64,000 bases of DNA from Bugula neritina (Eukaryota > Animalia > Bryozoa), in the NCBI GenBank assembly GCA_964035545.1, contig OZ037765.1, positions 3,596,001 to 3,660,000 of the forward strand, read 5' to 3'. The notes under the pieces were generated by a model. The model was not told where the DNA came from and did no database searches. It was given only the letters and a program-made list of their open reading frames with translations. The stretch's first letter is position 1, and every line of letters starts with the position of its first letter. Of this stretch, positions 24,861 to 36,400 are shown in pieces. A program made the translations under genes and the position numbers.

Positions 24861-25784
24861 ATGGGGGACGAAGAAGAAGAAGTCATGGTAGAAGGAGAAG
24901 AAGAAGGAGAAGGGGACCGTCTCACCATGGAGACTCTCATCGCAGCCCTCCGGGAGGTCAGCAAGGCCGGGCAGGCAGCACCTGGAGACAGGTATCGCCT
25001 GAGGCCCCCGATTTTCGGAGGCGATGGGGACATAGAGCAATTCATCAGGGAGTTTGAAGAGGTAGCCACCCTCGCCGAATGGCCGGCACCGGTGCGCCTT
25101 CTTCACCTCCGTACCTGTCTGACAGGTCAGGCAAAGAGTTATGCTCTGGGACCCAATACAGCGCACATCTTTCAGGCCCTCAGGTCGCGTTTCGGGCTAA
25201 CCGCCCGCGCCGCCAGGGACAGATTGCGCACCATACGCCGAGACCGGAAGACCTCACTCCAAGACCATGCGAACGCTATTGAGGCACTAGTACCAGTAGC
25301 CCATAGCGACGACACACCGGCAGCACAAAGAGGTGCTGTGTATGAAGCTTTCTTCCACACAATCAATAACCCTGGACTACAGCGTTATTACTTGGCAGCC
25401 AAGGTCACCACTATAGAGGAAGCCTTAGCCCTGGGCAAGGCTTACTACCAAGTGGAGGGACCTCAATGTGCGGATTTCACCGCTTGTCAGATTGAGGAAC
25501 GACCCGAAGTCGCTAAGCCGGATCAGCCAAACCCACAGGCCGTGGCGGCTGCTACTACTTCGTCACCTGACCAGATGACCATGCTGATGGACATGGTAAA
25601 GGGATTGCAGGCAGAGATGAAACAGATGCAGAGAGAACAGGCTGATAAACGAAACCCCCGACCCCGGGGTGAACCAGCCGGTACTACCCACCTCACCTGC
25701 TGGGGGTGTGGTGCCAGGGGACATGTACGAAGGCAATGCCCTCACGGAAGAAGGATGCCTTTAAACACCCGGGGCTCGCGGTAA
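24861..25784 (+). CDS. gag: Gag (307 aa)
   Basis: Capsid-like PPIFGG..FIREFEEVATLAEW; CCHC zinc knuckle CWGCGARGHVRRQC. Confidence 0.93.
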   Translation: MGDEEEEVMVEGEEEGEGDRLTMETLIAALREVSKAGQAAPGDRYRLRPPIFGGDGDIEQFIREFEEVATLAEWPAPVRLLHLRTCLTGQAKSYALGPNTAHIFQALRSRFGLTARAARDRLRTIRRDRKTSLQDHANAIEALVPVAHSDDTPAAQRGAVYEAFFHTINNPGLQRYYLAAKVTTIEEALALGKAYYQVEGPQCADFTACQIEERPEVAKPDQPNPQAVAAATTSSPDQMTMLMDMVKGLQAEMKQMQREQADKRNPRPRGEPAGTTHLTCWGCGARGHVRRQCPHGRRMPLNTRGSR

Positions 25785-25803
25785 CCTCCGCCAACCGTGA
25801 GCC
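25760..25803 (+). other. -1 programmed ribosomal frameshift signal
   Basis: T_TTA_AAC in the gag frame (25760-25766), 6-nt spacer, 10-bp stem GGCTCGCGGT/ACCGTGAGCC. Confidence 0.8.
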
Positions 25804-28800
25804 ACCAGCCAACCCCATCCGGGAAGAAATGACCCAAGGAGCCTCTTCCAGGCCAGCCGAGGCTGCGTGGGGACGTCGGAGACCCCAAGGTCTGCCCGAC
25901 TCTCCAACCCAGCCACCTACGACCCGGATGGGACTCCTAGATGCAGGATGGCAGGCACCTCGGAGATCTCGGAGACCGCAAGGTTTACCCGATCCTCCGG
26001 CCTGGCCACTCCAAAACCGGTTCGCGGGGTTGCCCGAAGAGGCTATGGAGGAAGAATCAGCTTACTCGCAAGAGTATCCCAAGCTACCCTCCCAGCCTCA
26101 GAAAACCCCCGTTGTCTGTAAGACGAAGAGGAGGCCCGCTGTAAGGACCCAAGAGGTGTCCCCCCCAGAGACTGACCGACCCAGGAGCACCCAGCCGTAT
26201 GGAAGCAGCTACTTCCTGCCCGGAAAAATTTCGGGTAAAGCTGCCACCTTCCTGCTGGACACAGGGTGCACTACAAACCTGCTAAGTCGGCGTCTCTTCG
26301 ACACCCTTGGCGCCCGAGAGCGGGCGAGCCTCGAGCCATACGAAGGAGCACACGGTACGTTGGCGGACGGATCGTGTATCCCCTTCTACGGCATTATCAC
26401 ACTACCTGGACGAGTCCGTGATCAAGTAATTCACGAGACGTTCATTGTCAGCCACCTGAAGGAAGACGCCATTCTGGGAATGCCCTTTCTGGAGAAACAC
26501 CAGTGTCACATAGATTTCCAGAAGTCGGCGGTGGTGATGGCTGGGAAGGAACTTGCCTGTGTGGACAAGTTTGGTAGGCCCTTGGTGGGCGGAGTCCAGG
26601 TAGTGCAGGACTGCACGATTCCAGGGAGATCCCAGGTTACTCTCCGATGCAGGGTCAACTGCAAGGAGATCGCCGCACTGGGGGTGGTGGAGGGAACGCA
26701 CGGAGCAATTCGACTGGCAAACAGCCTAAATCGGCTGGACTGTCGAAGAGAGCTCCTCGTGCAATGCATCAACCCCTTTGCGGAATCGGTCCGATTATCG
26801 GCTGGTGCACTGGTGGGGAAGTACCACTCCATCCATGAGGCGGATGTGGGTCCGGCACTGGAAACAGTGACCGACACCCAGGGAAACCCCCCTCACAACC
26901 ACCGAGAAGCGGTCCCGGAGCATGTGGCTGGCTTGTACAGTGGAGCGTGTGGAAACTGTACGAGTAGTACTGAACGCCAAACACTGGCTCAACTACTCGC
27001 GGAGTACAGTGATGTCTTCAGCCGTGGTGATGAAGATATGGGGCTGACTAAGGTTATCTCCCACGAGATACCCCTGGCAGCTGGCACCACTCCCATCAGG
27101 CAGCCAACCCGACGTCTGGGCCCGGAGAAGGAGAAGGAGGTGAGCCGGCAGGTGCAAGATCTTCTCGACCGGGATCTGATTGAGCCTGCCCACGGTGCGT
27201 GGAGCTCTCCAGTAGTCCTGGTCAAGAAGAAGGATGGTAGCTGGAGGTTCTGTGTGGACTACCGCAGACTCAACAGCGTTACCATCCAGGACGCTTACCC
27301 CCTCCCGCGGATAGATGAGTCTCTGGATGCCCTCGCGGGTAGCAAGTACTTCAGTACTCTGGATCTGCTTAGCGGGTACTGGCAAGTACCCCTCAGTCCT
27401 GATGCTCAGGACAAAGCAGCATTCATTACCCGCGATGGGCTCTGGAAGTGGAAAGTACTGCCGTTTGGACTTACGTCCGCCCCGGCAACTTTCCAAAGAC
27501 TCATGGAGCAGGTCCTCAGTGGGTTACACTGGAAGACCCTCCTAATCTATCTGGATGACGTCATTGTCATCTCCCCAGACTTTACGACTCATGTCAGTCG
27601 TCTGCGGGAGGTCTTTGACCGACTCCGGGCTGCTGGACTGAAGTTGAAGCCCTCCAAGTGTGCACTCCTACAGCAAGAAGTCACGTACCTGGGCCATGTG
27701 GTTGGCCGTGACGGGGTCGCTACCGATCCGGAGAAGGTACAGGCTGTGAAGGAGTGGGCCGTCCCCCGGGACCTCTCTGAATTGCGGGCATTCCTGGGCC
27801 TGGTAGGGTACTACAGGCAGTACGTACCCGGGTTTGCAGGGGTGGCTCAGCCTTTGAATCGGCTAACCGCCAAGGGAGTCCGGTGGCAGTGGACACAGGA
27901 GGAGCAGCAGGCATTCGACCACCTCAAACAACGGCTAATGGAGGCGCCGATTCTGGCGTATCCTGATCCAGCCAAAGAGTACATCCTGGACACCGACGCC
28001 AGCGACCACAGTGTGGGAGCTGTTCTGTCTCAAGTCCAGGGTGGAAGTGAGGTGGTCGTGGCTTACTACAGCAAGACTCTCGCGGCCGCCGAGAAAAACT
28101 ACTGCACCACTAGGAAGGAACTCCTAGCAGTAGTCAAGGCGGTCAAGCACTTTCGGCCATATCTGTATGGAAGAACGTTCCGGTTGCGAACAGACCATGC
28201 ATCACTGATATGGTTGTGTAAACGTGCAGAGCCCTCGAGTCAGGTGGCTCGTTGGTTAGAGATTCTTGCTGAGTTTTCCTACCGGATAGAGCACCGTGCC
28301 GGCAGGAAGCACGGGAACGCTGATGGCATGAGTCGCCGACTGGTAGAGAACTGCAAGCAATGCCTGCACATCGAAAGACGTGATGGGGGACCTGCCCGCC
28401 TTGACGTCGAGGCACAGTTGGGGGACGGCAACGTCTATCGTTGGGAGCACGGCCATCTTCGGCCTGAAACCCACTCAGACGACGTCCAGGCACTCCGTGC
28501 TAACCCCACACTGTACCAGAACGTCAAGGAGCTGTGTCGACTGCAAGAAACACTCCCTGGATCAGTAGCTGACATCTTCCGAGCCAAGAAAGAAGGCAGA
28601 CGGCCCTCGGAGGAACAGCAACGGCAGGGGGACGCTGAGTTTCAGTTCTTCTGCCGCCGCTGGAATTCTCTCCAGATTCGTTCAGACGGTCTCCTGACGA
28701 TGACACTCGCAGCAGACAACCGGCAACAGGAGAGGGATCGCGTCGTATGCCCACGCGCTCTCCGTCGGGAAATCATCTGGGACACCCACAAACAGGCCCA

Positions 28801-30460
28801 TGCGGGAGCCAGTCGGGTCATCAGATGCCTGCAGATGCGATGGTATTGGCCCGGAATGACCAGGGATGTGCGACTGAGAATTCGGCATTGTGAAGTCTGT
28901 CAGGCCAGCAAACACGGGCGCCCCACCGAGACCACGGGTCGGCGCCGGCTGTACGCCGGCCGACCCTGGCAGGTCGTAGCCATAGACCTCGTGGGACCAA
29001 TGCCCACCACAGAAAAGGGGAATTCCTGGATTTTGGTCTTGACGGACCATTTTACAAGGTGGGCGGACGCCCTGGCTATTCCCAATGCATCGGCACCCAC
29101 GGTGGCTCGGACCTTGGATCAAAACGTGTTCTGCTACTTCGGCCTACCCGAACAGATACACTCTGACCAAGGTGCCCAATTTCAGTCACAACTGTTAAAG
29201 GACCTTTGCCAAGTATGGGGGGTGAATCAGAGCCGAACTACCCCGTACCACCCTCAAGGAAATGGAGTGGTAGAGAGGAATAACCGGATGCTGGGTGATG
29301 CACTCCGGAGTCTTTTGTTGGGGAGGAGCCAAGAAGAGTGGGACACCATGCTACCACAGATCATGCGGGCCTATCGAAGCACCCCTCACTCCAGTACACA
29401 AGAGACACCTAATTTGTTGATGTTGGGCCGTGAAACTAGGGTGCCGGAGCACCTTGCTTACCATATCCCGACCCCCGAATTTCCAGTACACGAGTACGTG
29501 GGGAAGTTGGTAGAGACCATGAGAAGAGCCCACGACGCTCTGAGAGAGAAGCAGTGGACGGTACGGACAGACGACTCCGAGGAGCCTCCGCTATACCGGG
29601 AAGGGGACTGGGTGTGGATGATCAGTTACAGGAGGCGGCGCGGACAATCGGCTAAATTACAGCCTAAGTTCGTAGGCCCCTACTGCGTGGTAGAGGTTTT
29701 ACCCAACCATACATACCGTGTGGAGCGCTCTGGACAGATATCTGTCCAAAACGAGCAACGGCTAAAACCCTACCATGGAAGCCCAGAAGCTGCGGGACAG
29801 GCACCACCACTATTAGAGCCGGCCCGCCAACCCATATCCCGTGGGAGAAGGAACCAACCCAGAGACTGGGAAATTTTTATTCGTAATCCCGAGGAGCCCG
29901 ACAATAGCCCAAGACCTCCGCCACAAAACCCACCCTCGGTTCCTCCTACTCCGGATCCACTCCTTAGGCCCACACAGATAGAGGACCTCTCACCGCCGCC
30001 AGATAACCCAGGACCAGTCACATCACCCGAAAACCGGGAGGAAGTACCTCCCATACACGACACTCCAGACCGGCCAGATACCTCAGTCTCCAACACCTTG
30101 GAGAGAGCCAGAAGAGACAGGAAACCCCCCAAGTACTTGGCTGATTATCACGTAGGGCGTTTGACTGGCCCCCAGTCATCGAGTTGTTCACCCAGTACGG
30201 GTAAAGACTCCAAGCCTCGAATGCAGAGTAGCCCTGAAAGTGCAGGACAACTTCAGGTACAGCAACTCGCAAACCAGCCCAGACACATAGTAGACGGCCA
30301 CCCACCTAGTGTTAGCCCAAGTGGACGACGGCGCCCTAGACCTACCGATGGCCTTGACCTCACCCAGAGAAGTGACTTAGACGAAAGAATTCAGGCCTTA
30401 TCCTGCCACCTCGATCAATGCACAAGGGAGATAGAGAGCCTGATACGCCGAATCCGATGA
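25760..30460 (+). CDS. pol: Pol polyprotein (PR-RT-RNaseH-IN), predicted to be expressed by -1 frameshift from gag
   Basis: LLDTGC protease, YLDD RT, DTDAS RNase H, HHCC zinc finger, DDE integrase, GPY motif. ORF 25706-30460 overlaps gag in the -1 frame. Confidence 0.96.
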   Translation, partial: FKHPGLAVTSANREPPANPIREEMTQGASSRPAEAAWGRRRPQGLPDSPTQPPTTRMGLLDAGWQAPRRSRRPQGLPDPPAWPLQNRFAGLPEEAMEEESAYSQEYPKLPSQPQKTPVVCKTKRRPAVRTQEVSPPETDRPRSTQPYGSSYFLPGKISGKAATFLLDTGCTTNLLSRRLFDTLGARERASLEPYEGAHGTLADGSCIPFYGIITLPGRVRDQVIHETFIVSHLKEDAILGMPFLEKHQCHIDFQKSAVVMAGKELACVDKFGRPLVGGVQVVQDCTIPGRSQVTLRCRVNCKEIAALGVVEGTHGAIRLANSLNRLDCRRELLVQCINPFAESVRLSAGALVGKYHSIHEADVGPALETVTDTQGNPPHNHREAVPEHVAGLYSGACGNCTSSTERQTLAQLLAEYSDVFSRGDEDMGLTKVISHEIPLAAGTTPIRQPTRRLGPEKEKEVSRQVQDLLDRDLIEPAHGAWSSPVVLVKKKDGSWRFCVDYRRLNSVTIQDAYPLPRIDESLDALAGSKYFSTLDLLSGYWQVPLSPDAQDKAAFITRDGLWKWKVLPFGLTSAPATFQRLMEQVLSGLHWKTLLIYLDDVIVISPDFTTHVSRLREVFDRLRAAGLKLKPSKCALLQQEVTYLGHVVGRDGVATDPEKVQAVKEWAVPRDLSELRAFLGLVGYYRQYVPGFAGVAQPLNRLTAKGVRWQWTQEEQQAFDHLKQRLMEAPILAYPDPAKEYILDTDASDHSVGAVLSQVQGGSEVVVAYYSKTLAAAEKNYCTTRKELLAVVKAVKHFRPYLYGRTFRLRTDHASLIWLCKRAEPSSQVARWLEILAEFSYRIEHRAGRKHGNADGMSRRLVENCKQCLHIERRDGGPARLDVEAQLGDGNVYRWEHGHLRPETHSDDVQALRANPTLYQNVKELCRLQETLPGSVADIFRAKKEGRRPSEEQQRQGDAEFQFFCRRWNSLQIRSDGLLTMTLAADNRQQERDRVVCPRALRREIIWDTHKQAHAGASRVIRCLQMRWYWPGMTRDVRLRIRHCEVCQASKHGRPTETTGRRRLYAGRPWQVVAIDLVGPMPTTEKGNSWILVLTDHFTRWADALAIPNASAPTVARTLDQNVFCYFGLPEQIHSDQGAQFQSQLLKDLCQVWGVNQSRTTPYHPQGNGVVERNNRMLGDALRSLLLGRSQEEWDTMLPQIMRAYRSTPHSSTQETPNLLMLGRETRVPEHLAYHIPTPEFPVHEYVGKLVETMRRAHDALREKQWTVRTDDSEEPPLYREGDWVWMISYRRRRGQSAKLQPKFVGPYCVVEVLPNHTYRVERSGQISVQNEQRLKPYHGSPEAAGQAPPLLEPARQPISRGRRNQPRDWEIFIRNPEEPDNSPRPPPQNPPSVPPTPDPLLRPTQIEDLSPPPDNPGPVTSPENREEVPPIHDTPDRPDTSVSNTLERARRDRKPPKYLADYHVGRLTGPQSSSCSPSTGKDSKPRMQSSPESAGQLQVQQLANQPRHIVDGHPPSVSPSGRRRPRPTDGLDLTQRSDLDERIQALSCHLDQCTREIESLIRRIR

Positions 30461-30552
30461 CTGAGACAAACAACTGCGAACCACCAGCATTCAACGCCCC
30501 GGACGGAGGCTAAATTGTTTTTCTGTTATCGAAAAGGGAGATGCTTTTCGAT

Positions 30553-30562
30553 GGGGGGAGAA
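30553..30562 (+). other. Polypurine tract
   Basis: GGGGGGAGAA immediately precedes the 3' LTR. Confidence 0.85.
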
Positions 30563-31142
30563 TGTAATGGATTTTAACGCTCTAGTAATTATATCGCGTC
30601 ACTATTATAATGGACTTAGCGTAACTTTGTAAATACTGTAAATGCTGTAATTATAGCTAAGCTCCTTGCGTAGCTTTCTAATGCCTCAAATATTGTAATT
30701 ATAACTAAGCTTAGTGTAGTAAATAGCGTAATGATTGTGAATTGCCCTTCCTATTATTTTTGTTGTTTACTGTAATAGTTTTTGTGAGTTGTATTCCCTC
30801 GCACTCGTTTTCTTTTTATTATATGTAAGCCGAGACTCGTGCGAAGTCGGAGACCGAAGACACGATGTCGGAGGGACCTGCCCGAGATCGGGCAGTACTC
30901 CCTCCGATGTCGGTCGGCGGAACCCCGACGTTCGCACGAGTTTCGGCCCCTCATTAGTGGCGGGAATTCCCCCCTATATAAGTGCGAAGCTTTTCAAAGT
31001 TAATTCATTCTTGTACTGGAGCTCGAAGCAGTCAGAAGAAATAAATACTCATAGATTCATTTTAATCAAGACTCTTTATTTCTCTCACAATAACTGGCAT
31101 GCAGACTACTAGTCTATTCTTATAATCCACAAAATCACAACA
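30563..31142 (+). repeat. 3' LTR
   Basis: Copy of 24209-24788 at offset 6354. Confidence 0.97.
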
Positions 31143-33400
31143 ATATCAACCATAATGATTATTTTGAACGTGGTGATAGATTTAATTTTATAATAATAAT
31201 TTATATTAAACTAAAACTTGAGTAAATTAAAATCTCAATATGATTATCATTATATTATTATTTATTTATTGTTGAAAATGAATTAACGTGAAAGTGTAGT
31301 TTTACATTCACATTGTGATTGACATTAGCCTAAGCCTTTAGCCTTAGGCTTAGGCTTAGCATTTACACTTACACTTACAGTGAATTAGAAACCAAGAAAG
31401 TAAAATCAGAATGTGGTTAAACTTGAAATTCAAATTGACATTCAATTTAAATTCTCAGTCACTGTCATGGTCTCAGTCTGGCGCTATCATTATCAGTATC
31501 ACACTATCACTATCAGTATCAGTACCAGTGAAATGAATCACTATGAGTATGAGTAACTGATAACTCACCTCGTAAAAATTAGAACACTCTGACTATCACT
31601 ATGAGTATGTGTATGATGCTCACTCGGTGACCCAGTCTCACTCTGGCCTTCAAATTTCACTCTCATGAATAGTGCTACTGCGAGTGAGTTGATGTTATGA
31701 TTAAACTTCGCTTAATTTTGATGGTAGTCTAGAAAGTCGTGGTTGGCAAAAGAATTTTAGTTTAATCTAATGGAATGGAACTTTGCAGGCGGAAATCGCT
31801 AGAAGCAGCGTCGAGTTTGGGTTGGATGAGTTCATCAAGTTCAGAGTCATCGATTAACCCAACTCTAATGACCACTAACTCGGTGCTGTTTCCAGTGATT
31901 TTGTTTCGACCCTATGACATTGAAAAAATCACTAGATCTTCATGACGTTTATATTCTGTTTAGCTTGGGTTTCCCATTTCTAGTTGAGAAAGTGATTGCT
32001 CCGTTTAGCGGCCAAACGTTCTATGCTACAATTATCTGCTCAAACTGAAAACCTTCTTTAGTTTAATATGAAACTGCCTTCCGGATAAGAGAGTTGTCTT
32101 ACCTAATGCAAAATTATTGTTGATACTTTCAGATGTCTGTTGTCTCACTCAATTAATTCTGATTGGGCTCAAACTCTTCATAAGATTCCCTTTATAATTA
32201 TTATAGAGAAAGGTGCTAAGCACCAGCATGCTAAATCACTAAGACTTTAGCTTACGAATTGGTGTTGTAAGTTGAAGGTGAATGGTGATGATAATTTACT
32301 GCACAATGTTGTGGAGTGTGGATAGAGAAGCAGCTGTTGTTTTTATATTGAAATGGCTAAGCTTCATGCTGATTAATCACCAACGCAGATTTAACGTTTA
32401 AAAACATTTATAAAGTCTAGCAATATAGCTTTATAATATCTCCACATTACTTCTAACCATCAACAAGGAAATAAATTCATTTTGCAAATAGTGGCTTTCA
32501 ATCACATTTCCGTTAGGGCACAAATTAAGATGGCTCTCTCTTGGTTATGGAGAGAGAACACAACTGCAAGCAACATAATTAGTCTGCAATAATATAAACT
32601 ATGAATGTTGAAGTGTGTTCTATATAATATACAAGTAAACATGTGCTGTGAGAAGCAAATATAAATTATGACAAACAATTTATATATATAGCATCATCAC
32701 TCAAGAACTGACTTAGTCACATGACCCTTAGCACTTCCAACAGTCTTCGCTTCAAATATCAACGATTTTAGTCACCTGAATGAATGTAAAAAAATTGACA
32801 TGAAAGTAGTACGGAACTAAATACAGCTCGACATATAATTTGTTGTGTAAGGGTGTTTTTGCATTTCACTAAATTAAGTTTGGCAATATAGGATATGCTT
32901 TGTGTCCGTCATTTAATTACAGTTATAACTCAAATGATAATTAGTCTAGTCACTCTAGTGCATGCTATGTGATACATCTATAAGTGGGTGAATACAATTG
33001 ACTTCTGGATCCAAAACCAAAGTTTGCTGATACTCAAACAGGTTGGGTTTAAACAAAACTAAGTGCAAAGATGTAACATGAAAAAGTTTAGTAAAATGTA
33101 AGGATTAGAAAACACCAATTTCGAATTGAGCTTTATTTTTTGTTATAAAATATAGTTGGAATAACATGCATGATTCATATCAATTGTTATAAGCTACAAA
33201 ATTGACACTATAGAATAATTATAAAAGATAGATTGGCATATTTTCAATGCCTTAAAAATGTGCATAAAATTGTAAATATAAAAACTAATACGAAATCCAA
33301 CAGTTGAAAAATCGATTTTTGAGCTATATATCATATAAAATATTGTTTACATCATCATCCATTTCAAGCTGCTCCTGATTAGTAAAACACCTTTTACAAC

Positions 33401-36400
33401 TCACTTTTGAGAAAAGACAAGTGATTTGGTGAGAGTAGATGCGAAATACGGACATTGTTTAGCCTTATTATACTGTGGCTGCAGAGCTCTGAGAGTGTAG
33501 GTGTAGGCAACCATCTGGTTCACTCTAGCCATTAGCTCGTGGATCTCCAGTCTCTGACCGTCTTTGTTCATCACTTGACAGAAAGACTGTATGAACCAGG
33601 AGCCTAGTTGGTTGTCCCTCCACACCAAATATCCTAGTGAAGTGCAGCCAACAGTAAATGTAGAGAATTTATAGGGAAGATAAATCTTTCTATTTTGCTG
33701 TATCAAGCAAGATTTCTAGTGCAATTTGGAAAAAGTAAACGCTTGATGTCTAATAAGCAAACATTCTGGTTAAATGGTGAGGTGTGTGAAAAGGTCAAAA
33801 GTTTTACCCAACTCATACTCTACACAGTAGTACAGGGGAACATAACCCTCAATGAACTCTAAAGTTGTGTTCATGTTGAGATGTTGGAGTGGAAAACATG
33901 GCTATTGAAACTGGCGCTACAAAATATTTTCCTGCTGGCACAAGTGAGTGCATTTGATAGGAAGAGAAAAACTGTATATGTACATAGATGCTACCCCTTG
34001 CACGATTTTGTACACAGATGCTACCCCTTGTGTGATGTATAATAAATGAGCTGAATTTGTGAGCCACACACAGGACAGTATAACGATGTCGCTGCTTATT
34101 GAGCATAGAGTAATCTCAGGCTAAACATTCACAAGTACGCAATATGCATGCCACCCACAGAGCAAAAATATAGCAAGAACTTAAAGAATCCCTGACACAC
34201 TTAACTTATATAGCATGAAAATATTCATCTATATCTTAGCTATCAATTAAGCATCCCTTTAAGGGTGGATGGCTATACTATTTCATTTTATAACAACTTT
34301 AGTGCATGCATGTCCAAAAAACTTTCGGATTTCTAAGCTCTCAGTGCACACGTATTACGCCGGTTTCCGGTCTGCTTCGAGTCCTAGTTACTATATAACT
34401 AATAGTAATAATTGCATACTTTCGCAGCGTGTTATTTTTAGCCACTGCAACACACAGATAAATCACTACACTGACATAAATTTTAAAACACAGAGTACAA
34501 CTAATGCTCAATGAAAAAAACAAATGATACCATTTTATTATTGATATTAGAAGCTAAAGTTACTTCCGTTAGAAATTTTGAGCATCGGAAAAATGAAATA
34601 GCCTCACCCTCACGATGTAATTAGAACGGGTGGCTAAGTACGGTGATAACACGATATTGTTAAAAGAAATTAGCTAAATCCAACGAGTGGCAAACTTTTC
34701 TATAAAACATTACAAATAATTGCATATTCAATTATGTAACTTATTACGCTTCCAAATAGATTATCATTACCGTAACCGGATATTACCAATATAACCTGTG
34801 CCTAGTAGTACTACTACTAGTAGTAGTAGTCGCTCGCTATCTATATAAATTCGATTTCATATTCATATTGCCATTGGACTCTAATGAACAAACTTATTAC
34901 CTATATTACTAGTTACACTTGCACTTACTGTCGACATGACTACACGGTAAGTTAAAGTTGGTAGCTATGTCTTTATTGCCGCGAAATTTGTTTATGAAAT
35001 AAAACCTAAATTCTACAAAAAAACACTAATTGGGGGGCTAGACAGACGTCCGATAAATTAAAAATGCTAAAACTAAGGTTACATGAAACGGAAAATATAG
35101 CCTATATTTATTTTCCGAATGTCTTACAGGCGGCATTTCCATCTATTTCTCGCAACTGCGGTGTAATACGTCACAGAAAGGCGAAAAAGATTCTGGAAGT
35201 TTTTTGGACATGCATGCACTAAAATTGTTATAAAACAAAATTGTTTAGACCTGAAACCCTAAAAGAGTGTTAAAATAATAGCCAAGACATAGATGAATAT
35301 TTTCATGCTATATAAGTAAAGTGTGTCAGGAATTCTTTAAACTAAATTGTGAGTGAAATTAATGATATTCTTAGTTAGGATGCCTGTGTGTACTACATTT
35401 CGGACTAATGGACCTTTGGAACAATGGGCCTTCGGAATATTGCTTCGTCCCCGTATAGCACAGCTGGTCACGTGGTGATGAGTCACTCACATATGAAGAG
35501 GATCTTCAACCACAACTAGATAATGCTAATCAATTGAACAACACTAAAGGTTTAAGTATAGAGTTTACCATCAGCAGTGGAGTGAGCTACAAACACATCT
35601 GATTCCTTAGAGACTACAAGTGCTTTTGGCTGATTATGTGCCGTGGGGACTGCATCAAATTGAATCTGCATCATGGGGTCTGTATCATCTCCCCTTTCTG
35701 CCTGAAGAGCAAAACCATAGTTGACGAAAAGCATGACATAATTCAGTGACTGATGAAAATGTAGCAGCTTTGAAGAGTTAACAAGTGTTTGGCAATATTT
35801 TATACAAAATAATTATCTAGTCAAAAATGAGTTTGACGCCACAAACGTTGCAAGATAGTACATCTGCTACTCCTACATCGAAATTTTTTTTTTGAGATAT
35901 GTGTGATTAGTGTGAGTGAAAATAGTCCTTCTGCACTTATCAATGAAACTGAGTTAACAAACTAACGGAGATCATTAATTTATTTAAAAAAAAGAGGTAA
36001 ATTCAACGAACATGCATGCAGTAAAACTTACACTCCTAACTTACACTCCGCACTTACACTCCTAACTTACACTCCGCACTTACACTCCTAACTTACACTT
36101 TTAACTTACACTCCTAACTTACACTCCTAGCTTACACCAACTCACTTGCATGATGAATATCTTAGGTTTGCCTTTCAAGGTAAGCGAGTCCCTGAAAGGA
36201 GCAAACACTCTGTTGTAGTTCATTGTTTTATCACAAGCATATAATGCCCCTGCTGTACCATGAGACAGAACAGCCACCATAACACAATCACTGTTAGTGA
36301 AGTCCCTCCTGGCTACTACAAATCAAGAGTAGCAGTTTCGTTTTTAATGACATGTCCTACACAAATATATGATACGAATATTCTTTTTCTGCTGAACAAT

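Larger units (their letters stand above)
24209..31142 (+). mobile_element. Full-length intact Ty3/Gypsy LTR retrotransposon (6934 bp)
   Basis: 580-bp LTRs (TG...CA) that look identical by eye, 4-bp TSD ATAT (24205-24208 and 31143-31146), PBS, PPT, uninterrupted gag and pol in PR-RT-RH-IN order. Confidence 0.98.

Noticed and set aside
26402-30305. Many antisense and alternate-frame ORFs within pol
   Set aside because: Expected shadow ORFs of GC-rich coding DNA; no env or other accessory gene evident.
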